DNA from: Gemmatimonadales bacterium
Lineage (GTDB): Bacteria > Gemmatimonadota > Gemmatimonadetes > Gemmatimonadales > GWC2-71-9
Assembly: GCA_039794085.1 (NCBI GenBank)
Contig: JBDIWC010000006.1
Span: 54,600-118,599, forward strand
Length of the DNA stretch: 64,000 nt
Reading direction: 5' to 3'
The notes beneath the pieces are model-generated. The model was not told the DNA's origin. It searched no databases and saw only the letters and a list, made by a program, of their open reading frames with translations. The position numbers were made by a program, and so were the translations under genes. Shown piece by piece: positions 55,939-64,000 of the stretch (position 1 is the stretch's first letter; each line of letters starts with the position of its first letter).

Positions 55939-58578
55939 TCAGAACGTGTACTGCACCTTGCTCGACACCAGCCGTCCGATCTTCGGAACGCCCACGAAGG
56001 TGGCGTGGTCGCGATCGAAGAGGTTCTGGGCGTTCAGGGAAATCATCGCCTTCTTCCGGGCGAATCGATACGCCACCTGCGCGTCGAACAGGACGTACCC
56101 GTCCGACTCACCCACAAAGACACCCGAGTTCACCGGAAAGCTCTCGACCCCCCGCACCCTCGCCTCGGCGCTCCACCCGCTCTCGTCATCGCGGAAGCGG
56201 GCGCTGAAGGACCCCTTGTTCTGGGCCGAATTGAGCGCGATGTCCGACACACCACCCACTTCGGACCGGGGGAAGAAGTCGTCGCTGACCCAGCTCCAGG
56301 TTCCCGCCAGGGTGAAGCGACGATCGAGCGCCACCTCTCCCGCGAAGTCGAGCCCATAGAGATCCACGTCACCAAAATTCCGATAGGTCAGCACGATGTC
56401 GGGGCTGTTGGCGAGGGGGCTGTCGGGCACCACGGTTCCGAGCGGCACTCCGGTGGTGCCAGCCGCCGAGGTGCCTCCGGGAAGTCCGGCCATGGCGGTG
56501 CCGATCTGGGCGGCGCCGGTCGGGCCGAAGAAGGGCGTGAGGTAGGCGATGGTCTGCTGAGTGTTCAGGAACACGTTCGGCGTTTCCACGATCAGAGGAC
56601 CGACAAAGTTCTCCTTCTTCTCGTACCAGGCATCGACCGTGATGCGGGCCCGCCCCCCGACGATGGCCTTGTACCCCAGCTCGAGGGTGTTCGTGATCGT
56701 GGGCTCCAGACGGCTCACATCCACCACATCCCCCGGGACCACATCCGCGAAGGTCCCCGCCGAGGGATTCAGGACCCGCAGTTGGGTTCCCACCTGGGCG
56801 GACGTGGGGGCCGGGATGTTCATAAGGGGGGTACAGGCGGGTCCGATCGCGGGACACACCGCTCCCACAGCCACGGCCCAGAGCGACGCGGCATTGGCCG
56901 GAAGCACGCCGAGATTCGGGACGAACGGAGTGCGCATGCAGAGGTTGTCCACGCCGCCAGCTCCGCAGAAACCGCGGAAGGAGAATCCGTCCTTCGGGAC
57001 CCCCAGGGCACGCACGGTGAAGGGGCCGGCTTGCCCCCCCACGATGTCGAGGAAGAGGTTGTTGTTGGACGGCGTGGAGAAGGCCCGATTGTAGGTGAAC
57101 CGGATGTTCTGCTCTTCGGAGGGCTTGAAGACGATCGCCGCCCGAGGGGAGAAGACGGCATCGCTCAAGCGGCTGTGCTTGTCCACGCGCAGTGCACTGA
57201 CCAGCTCCCACTGGGGACTGAAGCGGGTTACCGAGTGCAGGTACCCCCCGATTTCCTTGATGTCGTCGTCCTCCTCATTCCGCCCGTTGATCGTCCCGCC
57301 GGTGCGGGCATCGGTGAAGATGTAGTCGGCGCCGTAGAGAAAGGTCTGGTGCCGCCCGATGTCGAAGCCGTGCTGGAACTGCGCGGTCCAGAGCCGGGAC
57401 TCGTCCACGATCCGCTCGCCGCTACGGAGGAGCCGGGTGTCTCCCGCGTCACTGGTGTTCAGGAAGGCCTGTACGAACAGCCGCTTGTGGGTGAGGCGGG
57501 TGTGAAAGTTCTGGTACTTCCACCCCTTGACCTGCCCCGCGCCGAGACCGGTCAGATCGATCAGGTTAACCGCCTTCGAGAGACCGTAGGTTCCGGTGAT
57601 CAGGGTATTGGCATCGGGGCGTACGTCCACGCGTGCCTCGCCGCCGAAGCGCTTGATCCGAAAATCCCGCCCGGGCGTCGCGGGCTCCGCAGGGTCGGTA
57701 AAACGCCAGTCATCCCCCGTCATCCATTCGCCGCTGATCTTGTAGGCGAACTTGTCGCTCGGCGCATAGGCATGGCGGAACCCGGTCCGCACGAGGTCGC
57801 GCTCGCCGGTTTCGACGGACACGGTGGTTCCCTGGGAGGCGAAAGGCGATTTGGTGATGATGTTGAGCACCCCATTGGCGGCATTGGGACCGTACAGGGC
57901 GGCGCCCGGGCCGAGCACCACCTCGATCCGCTCCACGTCCTCGTTGGTGACGGGGAAGAAGGCGGGAATGTTGACACGGAGGGAGGGGACCGACGCGTAC
58001 CGGTTGTCCACCAGCATCAGCATCGCCCCGCTGAAGACGTTGTTGAACCCCCGGGCTACCACGTTTGATTGCAGCAACCCGCCCTGGGAAATGTTGACAC
58101 CGGGCACCTCCTTCAGGTAATCGGTGATGGTCAGCGCCGGTGTCTCCGCGATGCGGGGTCCACTGACCACCGCCACCGAGGCCGGGGCGTCCAGCACCTT
58201 CTCCGCCGTGCGGGACGCCGTGGTGGTGACTTCCGGGATGATGTAGGCCTCGGGAGTGAGGGTGGCGTCCACCGTCACCGTGGCCCCGGCACTCACTACG
58301 ACCCCGGTCTGCTCGAACCGGCTGAATCCGATGCTGGTAATCCTGACAGAATAAGTCCCTGATGGAATCCCGGTCAGGCGATAGACGCCGCTTTCCCGAG
58401 TCGTCCCGCGGGTCACCTCGGCACCATTCGCGCCAACCACAAGAACAACGGCGAGTTGCAGAGGTGTCGAGGATTGGGCATGGAGCACACGCCCGGTGAT
58501 GGTGCCCGTTTGAGCGGTCACCGGCACGGTCCAGGCCAAGGCCAGGATCACGGTGCCATACAGCACTCGCAGTTGCAT
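55939..58578 (-). CDS. TonB-dependent receptor with N-terminal CarboxypepD_reg-like domain
   Basis: Signal VTA-Q; plug IEVVLGPGAALYGPNAANGVLNIITK; C-terminal QNLFD..VQYTF. Confidence 0.95.
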   Translation of the reverse strand: MQLRVLYGTVILALAWTVPVTAQTGTITGRVLHAQSSTPLQLAVVLVVGANGAEVTRGTTRESGVYRLTGIPSGTYSVRITSIGFSRFEQTGVVVSAGATVTVDATLTPEAYIIPEVTTTASRTAEKVLDAPASVAVVSGPRIAETPALTITDYLKEVPGVNISQGGLLQSNVVARGFNNVFSGAMLMLVDNRYASVPSLRVNIPAFFPVTNEDVERIEVVLGPGAALYGPNAANGVLNIITKSPFASQGTTVSVETGERDLVRTGFRHAYAPSDKFAYKISGEWMTGDDWRFTDPAEPATPGRDFRIKRFGGEARVDVRPDANTLITGTYGLSKAVNLIDLTGLGAGQVKGWKYQNFHTRLTHKRLFVQAFLNTSDAGDTRLLRSGERIVDESRLWTAQFQHGFDIGRHQTFLYGADYIFTDARTGGTINGRNEEDDDIKEIGGYLHSVTRFSPQWELVSALRVDKHSRLSDAVFSPRAAIVFKPSEEQNIRFTYNRAFSTPSNNNLFLDIVGGQAGPFTVRALGVPKDGFSFRGFCGAGGVDNLCMRTPFVPNLGVLPANAASLWAVAVGAVCPAIGPACTPLMNIPAPTSAQVGTQLRVLNPSAGTFADVVPGDVVDVSRLEPTITNTLELGYKAIVGGRARITVDAWYEKKENFVGPLIVETPNVFLNTQQTIAYLTPFFGPTGAAQIGTAMAGLPGGTSAAGTTGVPLGTVVPDSPLANSPDIVLTYRNFGDVDLYGLDFAGEVALDRRFTLAGTWSWVSDDFFPRSEVGGVSDIALNSAQNKGSFSARFRDDESGWSAEARVRGVESFPVNSGVFVGESDGYVLFDAQVAYRFARKKAMISLNAQNLFDRDHATFVGVPKIGRLVSSKVQYTF

Positions 58579-58700
58579 GGAAGTGCCTCGGGGGAGGAGG
58601 AGGTTGCTGACCACGGTGGCCGACTGTCGAAACAGCCGGTGACTCCAAGTTGGCGTGCGGAACGCCGGTGTCAAGTGGCTGAACGAGGAAGACCGGCGCC

Positions 58701-59474
58701 TTACCTTTCCCTCAGAAGTTTGCTTCGGCGCGGCACGGTGCGTCGCCACTCCCGGACAAGCGCTTCCCGTCCGGCCAGGATCGCCCCCACCGCCTCGCGC
58801 GGAGAATCGGTGAGGGTGATGAGGTCGAGATCCCCCGGGGCGATGGTGCCCGCTTCCACGAAGGTGTGTCGGAAGAAGGCGAGGAGCGGGCTCCAGTAGT
58901 CCCGGCCCATGAGGATCACGGGGAAGGCGTGGATCTTCCCGGTCTGCACCAGAGTCAACGCCTCGAACAGTTCATCCATCGTCCCGAAGCCACCGGGAAG
59001 AATGACGAAGGCGACGCTGTACTTCACCAGCATCACCTTGCGCACGAAGAAATACCGGAAGGTGACCCACCGGTCGAGATAGGGGTTGGGTTCCTGCTCC
59101 ATCGGCAACTCGATGTTGCAGCCGATGGACATCCCCCCGTGATCCCGCGCCCCCCGGTTGGCCGCCTCCATGATTCCGGGTCCTCCCCCGGTCATCACGG
59201 TCAACCCGCTGGCACTGATGCCCCGCCCCACCTCGCGCCCCAGACCGTAGTACGGATTCTCCTCCCCGAATCGTGCGGAACCGAACACGGTCACGCACGG
59301 ACCCACGAAGTGGAGACGGCGGAATCCGCGCACGAACTCCCCGGCGATCCGGGCCACCCGCAGGGCCTCCGACAATCGCGACCGGGGTCCGCCCAGGAAT
59401 CTCTCCACCTCGGGGTGGCACGGGCCCGCGGCCCACTGGGGCCAGGAGGAGGTTGTCTCGCTGGTGGCGTTCAT
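58701..59474 (-). CDS. LOG family (TIGR00730) phosphoribohydrolase
   Basis: VFGSAR, TGGGPGIMEAAN, RK, PGGFGTMDE. Confidence 0.93.
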   Translation of the reverse strand: MNATSETTSSWPQWAAGPCHPEVERFLGGPRSRLSEALRVARIAGEFVRGFRRLHFVGPCVTVFGSARFGEENPYYGLGREVGRGISASGLTVMTGGGPGIMEAANRGARDHGGMSIGCNIELPMEQEPNPYLDRWVTFRYFFVRKVMLVKYSVAFVILPGGFGTMDELFEALTLVQTGKIHAFPVILMGRDYWSPLLAFFRHTFVEAGTIAPGDLDLITLTDSPREAVGAILAGREALVREWRRTVPRRSKLLRER

Positions 59475-59705
59475 CAAGCATGTCCTTGCGTGACAGGGTG
59501 GGATGCCACGTCGGCATCAGGTCCGGCGGTGGTGCGGTCCCCCTCGTCTCCGGGCAAACCGTGAGGAACTCTCTCCCCCCGAACCCGGTGGAGAGAAGCA
59601 TGTCACCGCCGCGTTCCCATCCGACCTCACTCCCGGTACATTTGAAGAGAAGAATTGAACACCATCGTCTCGAATTCTCCATTGCTCAGGCCACCCCGGA
59701 AAGAC

Positions 59706-60539
59706 ATGCGTCGCGCCCTGCTCCTCTTGCCTCTCCTCCTGAGCATCCCCTCAGACGGAAGGACCGCGCCCGGTGATGCCACCCGGTGGTCTCCCCTGGG
59801 ACACCGCCTCATCGCGACCCTCGCCGAGGATCAGCTCACCGCCCGGACGGCGGAGCGAGCCCGGGATCTCCTCGGAGGACTCTCGCTCCCCGACGTCGCG
59901 GCCTGGGCCGACTCCATCCGCCCGACCCATCCCACCACCGCTCCCTGGCACTACGTCAACGTCCCGATCGGGGATCCCGGCTACGACGCCGCCCGACACT
60001 GTCCCGCTCCACCGGGATGCGTCACCTGGGCCATCAGCCATTTCTCCTCGGTCCTCGCAGATGCCAGTGCCCCCCGCGCCGAACGCGCCGTGGCTCTCCG
60101 CTACCTCGTCCACTTCGTGGGGGATCTGCACCAACCCCTCCACGCGGGAGATGACCATGACCGCGGTGGCAACGACGTGCGAGTCACCTTTCTCGGGCGC
60201 CGGATGAACCTCCATTCTCTCTGGGACCGCGCCCTGATCGAGAGCCGGGGACTCCGTGAGTCCGAATGGATTGCCCTGCTCCGGGCCCGGCGGGAGTTCC
60301 TACCGCTCGACTCGATCCGGGCGGGCACCGTGGAGGAGTGGACCTCGGAGAGTCATGCCCGGGCCCGCCAGTCGGCCTACGACCTCCCCGCCGATCGTGT
60401 CCTCCCTGCAACATATGCGACCAGCCGAACGTCCTTGTTGGAAGAGGTGCTGATCCGCGGCGGGGTCCGCCTGGCGCATCTCCTCAATGTCGCACTCGAC
60501 CCCGACCCCCGGAGGCCGGGACAACAGGGACCGGAATGA
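59706..60539 (+). CDS. S1/P1 nuclease, exported
   Basis: WSPLGH, WAD, WHYVN, HFVGDLHQPLH, NLHSLWD. Confidence 0.94.
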   Translation: MRRALLLLPLLLSIPSDGRTAPGDATRWSPLGHRLIATLAEDQLTARTAERARDLLGGLSLPDVAAWADSIRPTHPTTAPWHYVNVPIGDPGYDAARHCPAPPGCVTWAISHFSSVLADASAPRAERAVALRYLVHFVGDLHQPLHAGDDHDRGGNDVRVTFLGRRMNLHSLWDRALIESRGLRESEWIALLRARREFLPLDSIRAGTVEEWTSESHARARQSAYDLPADRVLPATYATSRTSLLEEVLIRGGVRLAHLLNVALDPDPRRPGQQGPE

Positions 60540-62260
60540 CCGACGTTTTTCAGCAGGAATTGCAGCAGACCCTGGGAAACGCCTACCACCTCGAACGGGA
60601 ACTTTTCGGAGGCGGGATGAGTCGCGTCTTCGTGGCGCGGGAAAGGGCCCTTGATCGCCAGGTCGTGGTGAAGGTGCTGCCGCCCCACCTGGCGGCGGGC
60701 ATCAACGTGGAGCGCTTCCGCCGGGAGATCCAGGTCGCCGCCCAACTCAACCACCCTCATATTGTCCCTCTCCTCTCGGCGGGAGATCAGCCCGGATTCC
60801 TGTACTACACCATGCCCTTCATCGAGGGCGAATCCCTGCGCACCATCCTGGAGCGGCGGGGCCGCCTGTCGCCCCGCGAGGTCAAGCGGATCCTGGCCGA
60901 TGTGGCCGACGCCCTCGCCTATGCGCATGACCGCGGAGTGGTCCACCGGGACATCAAACCGGGCAATATCCTCACCCTCGGCAGTCACGCCCTGGTCACC
61001 GACTTCGGGGTCGCCAAGGCCCTCCGCGCCGCCCTCCCCACCGGGGAGTCCTCCACGTCGAGCGGGTTCGCCATCGGTACCCCGGCCTACATGGCCCCGG
61101 AGCAACTGGCCGGAGATCCCGCCGCCGATCACCGGGTGGATATCTACGCCCTCGGCCTCCTGGCCCATGAACTCCTGGCGGGGTCCTCCCCCTTTCAGGG
61201 TGCCTCGCCCCAGGCGACCATGGCGGCGCAGCTCACCACCGTCCCCGAGCGCCTCGACCGGACCTTTCCGGACGTCCCGGCTCCTCTGGCCGCTCTGGTC
61301 ACCCATTGCCTCCAGAAGGACCCCGCCGACCGGCCCCAGACGGCGGGAGACCTCCTCCGGGAGCTGGACCGCATGGCCACCCCCGGGTACACCACCTCCA
61401 CGGGTACAACCTCCACCCGCCGAGACAGGATCCTCTGGGTCGGAGGAGGAATTACCGCCGCGATCGCCCTGGTCGGCGTGGGAATGGCGCTGGGCCGGGA
61501 GACCGGAAACCGGGAGCCCATGTCGCGCAGGGTGGGCACCTTCACGGCCACCCCCGCGGATTCCGCCGTCGCCTCCGAAGCGGAGCTGCTCTCCCGAAGA
61601 ACCGACACCGTCGTCGTGCGGGAAACCACACCCGCACCGACCCTCACCGAAGAAGATTCGCTCCGGATTGCCGCTGCGGTGGAAGCTCGCAATCGCTCCC
61701 TCGGCATCGAGGAGGTATCACCCCACGAGCTCGATTCCGCCCTCAGTTTCCTGCGGGGACAGCTGGCCGATTCCATTCGCACCCAGGTCCAGCGTGCGGT
61801 GCGCCTTGCGGAACGACTCTCGGAATCCGCGGGTGAACGCCGATCGGGCCGCCGGGAAGCCGGTCCGCCCCGTCCGCCGGAGCCGGTCTACCCACCGCCG
61901 ACCACTCCTCGGATCACCATCGGCCGGATCGGCGCTCGGACACCCGAGCTGGAGTCTCTCGCCCAGGCCCTCCACGACACTCTGGTGGTTCGCCTCGGTG
62001 CTCACGCCGACGTATACGCCGCCGACTCCGCGCGAAGCCTGCGCGAGTTGATGCTCATCGCCCGGGAGCAGCACTCCACCGCGGCCATCATCGGAGCCCT
62101 CCGGGCCGAGGGACCGGGAATCACGGTGACGCTCAACGTCCTCCAGGCGGGAGGCCAGGCCATGGTGATCAGGGAATACGCTCCTGCCGCAGACCCGTTC
62201 CTCCTCGTGGACCGTCTGCTACAGAGGCTGGGCGTCTCGGGAGGTTGGAGTTCCCCCTGA
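60536..62260 (+). CDS. Membrane-anchored Ser/Thr protein kinase
   Basis: GGGMSRVF, VVVK, HRDIKPGN, DFG, GTPAYMAPE; one TM helix; C-terminal extracytoplasmic region. Confidence 0.94.
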   Translation: MTDVFQQELQQTLGNAYHLERELFGGGMSRVFVARERALDRQVVVKVLPPHLAAGINVERFRREIQVAAQLNHPHIVPLLSAGDQPGFLYYTMPFIEGESLRTILERRGRLSPREVKRILADVADALAYAHDRGVVHRDIKPGNILTLGSHALVTDFGVAKALRAALPTGESSTSSGFAIGTPAYMAPEQLAGDPAADHRVDIYALGLLAHELLAGSSPFQGASPQATMAAQLTTVPERLDRTFPDVPAPLAALVTHCLQKDPADRPQTAGDLLRELDRMATPGYTTSTGTTSTRRDRILWVGGGITAAIALVGVGMALGRETGNREPMSRRVGTFTATPADSAVASEAELLSRRTDTVVVRETTPAPTLTEEDSLRIAAAVEARNRSLGIEEVSPHELDSALSFLRGQLADSIRTQVQRAVRLAERLSESAGERRSGRREAGPPRPPEPVYPPPTTPRITIGRIGARTPELESLAQALHDTLVVRLGAHADVYAADSARSLRELMLIAREQHSTAAIIGALRAEGPGITVTLNVLQAGGQAMVIREYAPAADPFLLVDRLLQRLGVSGGWSSP

Positions 62261-62281
62261 CCCGGAACTTGTGTAACATTC

Positions 62282-62308
62282 TGAAACAAGTACTGAGAAG
62301 CGCTCGTC
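62282..62308 (+). promoter_or_regulatory. ECF sigma promoter TGAAAC-N17-CGTC
   Basis: TGAAACaagtactgagaagcgctCGTC upstream of small ORF. Confidence 0.55.
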
Positions 62309-62336
62309 CTGACTCCACCAAGACGGGAGTCCAAAC

Positions 62337-62405
62337 GTGGCAAAATTCATCTTCATGTTCCTCGCCGAACGGCTCTGGAAGTGGCTGATCCGGATCTTCG
62401 GGTAA
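62337..62405 (+). CDS. Putative 22-aa amphipathic peptide MAKFIFMFLAERLWKWLIRIFG
   Basis: GGGAGT RBS 6 nt before GTG; third codon positions mostly C/G; TAA stop. Confidence 0.6.
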   Translation: MAKFIFMFLAERLWKWLIRIFG

Positions 62406-62490
62406 TTTTGACCACATACTCCACACGATCCACATCGTCGCCTTCCACATTTTCCACGGATGTGGAGAGACAGAGAGGAGGTCGTACGCC

Positions 62491-62784
62491 ATGAATGACA
62501 TGTACGTTGCCTACAGCTGGTTGGCCGTTTCTCTGGCGGGCCTGGCGGGATTCTGGCTGCACCTGCATTACCGGAGCAAGAACCCGCTGAGGAGCCCCGA
62601 ACAGGAACAGCTCAAAACGGCGATCCAGGATCTGGAGACGGAGCTGGCATCGGTGACCGATGCGATGCAGGACCAGCTTGACCAGGTGCACGAGCGGCTC
62701 GATTTTGCGGAACGACTTCTGGCCTCCCGCTCCTCCGCGTCACCTCAGGCAAATGAGCCTGCGGAGATCCCGACCCCGGTCTGA
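62491..62784 (+). CDS. Small TM + coiled-coil protein (PspB-like)
   Basis: RBS GGAGG; N-terminal TM; QLDQVHERLDFAERLL. Confidence 0.8.
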   Translation: MNDMYVAYSWLAVSLAGLAGFWLHLHYRSKNPLRSPEQEQLKTAIQDLETELASVTDAMQDQLDQVHERLDFAERLLASRSSASPQANEPAEIPTPV

Positions 62785-62825
62785 ACCGTTCTTTCGTGAT
62801 GCCACCACCTTTCATGAGGATCACC

Positions 62826-63227
62826 ATGCCGCATTCACATCTGCTCGGGGTCGTGGCGGCCCTCGTTCTCGCCGCCCCCACGCCCCGGGCCCACGCCCAG
62901 GTTCCCACGCCTCCGCAATCCGCTCCTTCCATCGAGGGACGGTGGAGCGGCACGGTGCAACTCAACGACGGTCAGTCCCTGCAGGCGGTCTACGCCTTTA
63001 CCCGGGGCTCCACGGGACTGACCGGAACCGCCTCCTCGGCGGAGCAGGGTTCCACCGACGTCACCGACATCAAGCAGAATGGAACGAGCGTTTCCTGGAC
63101 GGTGATCCTCCCCGGCCTGGGCGCCTTCCTCCATCAGGGCACCCTTGGAAGCGGGGAAACCCTGGAAGGCACCGTCACACTGGAAGGAGTTCCGATCGGA
63201 CGGTTCTCGCTGACCCGGGTGTCGTAG
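62826..63227 (+). CDS. Hypothetical exported beta-rich protein
   Basis: RBS GAGGA; signal ending AHA-Q; EGRWSGTV. Confidence 0.75.
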   Translation: MPHSHLLGVVAALVLAAPTPRAHAQVPTPPQSAPSIEGRWSGTVQLNDGQSLQAVYAFTRGSTGLTGTASSAEQGSTDVTDIKQNGTSVSWTVILPGLGAFLHQGTLGSGETLEGTVTLEGVPIGRFSLTRVS

Positions 63228-63239
63228 GGGGACCTCGTT

Positions 63240-63278
63240 AGGACAGAGGACAGAGGACAGAGGACACATAGGACATAG
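63240..63278. repeat. AGGACAG heptamer tandem array
   Basis: aggacag x3, aggacac, aggacat. Confidence 0.85.
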
Positions 63279-63308
63279 GTACGGGCGAGGATGGCGCGTC
63301 GCCCCTAC
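63279..63308 (-). repeat. Degenerate REP copy related to the RAYT-flanking REP
   Basis: GTACGGGCGA...GCGTCGCCCCTAC; final 13 nt identical to the end of the 31034-31057 REP. Confidence 0.65.
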
Positions 63309-63327
63309 CGCTTATTCCCTATTCCCC

Positions 63328-63884
63328 AAGCCGGCCGAGCCGGAACCAAAGAGGCGCGTCGGGGTCGCGTGGGTTCCCCGGGGCCTTCGCCCAGGGGAAC
63401 GCCAACCGCTTGGCCACGGAGCAAGTTGACTCGGGTTCACCAGACGTGTCCATCCACTTCAGGGTTGGGCTCTTCCAGCTTCGGCATGGGTTCCTGTCCC
63501 TCCGGAGCCCTCTCCCCGCCCCCAGAGCCAACCACAAGAAGCACAAAAGGCACAAAACCTCTCCCCCCCCTGGTGGCAGAGGGGCGTGCCTCTTGTGACT
63601 TCTGTGCTTTTTTGTGGCCATTCCCCTCGCCCGCCTGACCATCCGAATCCCCAGGGCGGGTCCCCGGAATCCGGGGCGTCCCCTCGCACCGTGCGCACAA
63701 CGCCCGATCGACGTGTCTCTCACCCACGCGAAACCCTGAAGAGCCCCAAGTGGGATGCCGTCACAGACGCCGTCAAACGCACGGCCGGAGCGGGGTTTCC
63801 GGGGGGCGCCCAAAATATTGTTGCCGTTTTGTGTTCAATCTTGTCCGTAAGGGACTAAGCCGGCAGAGCCGGGACCAAAGAGGC
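63328..63884. repeat. Pair of 28-bp direct repeats (26/28 identical)
   Basis: AAGCCGGCCGAGCCGGAACCAAAGAGGC at 63328-63355 vs AAGCCGGCAGAGCCGGGACCAAAGAGGC at 63857-63884. Confidence 0.8.
63532..63617. repeat. Imperfect inverted repeat with 9-bp periodic arms
   Basis: CCACAAGAAGCACAAAAGGCACAAAA ... TCTTGTGACTTCTGTGCTTTTTTGTGG. Confidence 0.75.
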
Positions 63885-64000
63885 TTACACACTCGGAGCC
63901 ACAGATACTGCCCGGGTATGCTCGCGGTCTGCGGGGTTCCTGCTCCCAAGACCAGATGCGGCCCGACACCTGGCCTTCGTGGTCCGGTGTGCCTCCCTCC

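Noticed and set aside
56005..58068. 687-aa plus-strand ORF
   Set aside because: Shadow of the TonB-dependent receptor.
58579..58700. Riboswitch upstream of the TBDR
   Set aside because: Short leader with no recognisable cobalamin, TPP or FMN consensus by eye; an Infernal scan would be decisive.
62406..62470. DnaA-box cluster / oriC
   Set aside because: Every copy mismatches TTWTNCACA, there is no AT-rich unwinding element and no dnaA/dnaN context.
63328..63884. Possible CRISPR array
   Set aside because: Only two repeats, 529 bp apart, and no cas genes; heptamer arrays elsewhere have no spacers.

Overview
GC-rich bacterial chromosome segment, most consistent with Gemmatimonadota (inferred from GGGMSRVF-type kinases, plug-only CarboxypepD proteins and gene order). 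About 60 CDS; no rRNA, tRNA or CRISPR seen. Housekeeping blocks: hisC-hisB-hisH-nudix-hisF, glmM-glmS-dtd-maf, purD-mutM-uvrC-like, and late menaquinone genes (menG, ubiD, ubiA, ubiX). Other content: an ECF sigma/anti-sigma operon, two TonB-dependent receptors, peptidases, transporters and a REP-flanked RAYT transposase. Most unusual observations: (1) an mscS - 1073-aa degenerate P-loop ATPase - mscS operon; (2) three TGAAAC-N16/17-CGT promoters suggesting a local ECF regulon, one driving an unannotated 22-aa amphipathic peptide and a PspB-like gene; (3) a sigma54 promoter, an unannotated 53-codon ORF and a coupled degenerate kinase; (4) a NudB-like Nudix gene inside the his operon; (5) several families of intergenic repeats. 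All calls come from reading motifs by eye; no database searches were run.
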